64,000 nucleotides of DNA from Phoronis australis (Eukaryota > Animalia > Phoronida). Numbering within the stretch: position 1 is the stretch's first letter; the number at the start of each line of letters is the position of its first letter. Under the pieces are notes generated by a model. It saw only the letters and a program-made list of their open reading frames with translations. It was not told the DNA's origin and ran no database searches. Below are positions 63,627 to 64,000 of the stretch, in pieces. Made by a program: the position numbers and the translations under genes. The stretch is taken from positions 268,715 through 332,714 of the forward strand of contig NMRA01000481.1 of the NCBI GenBank assembly GCA_002633005.1, in the 5' to 3' direction.

Positions 63627-64000
63627 TTGAGAAGTGAACTCAGCTTTGGAATGGACCTAACTACATGTGCGGTTGCATCATTACCGTCATTTCTGTCTGG
63701 GCATGCTGCATTTCTTCAAAACTTTGACATAATTCCAGTTTTGGACAGATCCGATTTCTGCTGTGCCCCCCCCCAGTGGCTATTTTATTTTTTACATTTA
63801 CCTCAATCTGTATGTTCACTGAGCATTTCTTGACAGATTTTTCGGGAAATTTGAAAGAAAATAGCTGCTGCACTCATCCGGGTTACCGTCGATGCTCGAC
63901 TTACCACCCACCTCCAAAATTTTAAATTTTTTCAAGCATCCATATTCTTCTTGCCACCCATTGCCAATTTTTCATGATCGAGATTTGCTTAAAAGTGTTC

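Overview
This is eukaryotic, AT-rich, intron- and repeat-rich DNA from a draft animal assembly with N gaps. It is probably a marine invertebrate (inference). Almost all ORFs in the supplied track are spurious. The main feature is one complete plus-strand LNX1/LNX2-like E3 ligase gene, which I reconstructed by hand from 15 GT-AG coding exons (11182..54345; 1845 nt, 614 aa). Its architecture is Zn finger, RING, Zn finger, an extra TRAF-type Zn finger, four PDZ domains and a C-terminal WPGTIV. Three points about this gene stand out. (i) A TATA-driven, in-frame candidate alternative first exon lies in the 27-kb intron 2 and would give a RING-less isoform. (ii) The Numb-binding NPAY motif sits between PDZ2 and PDZ3 rather than before PDZ1. 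(iii) A second post-RING zinc finger is present. The left end probably holds the 5' exons of an unidentified minus-strand gene, with a pair of inverted ~1.4-kb Tc1/mariner-type non-autonomous elements in its intron. The right end (57.1-63.6 kb) is a composite satellite of 38-bp arrays alternating with a ~680-bp spacer, and contains a ~2.25-kb internal inversion. Many MITEs and two likely haplotype-overlap artefacts are also present.
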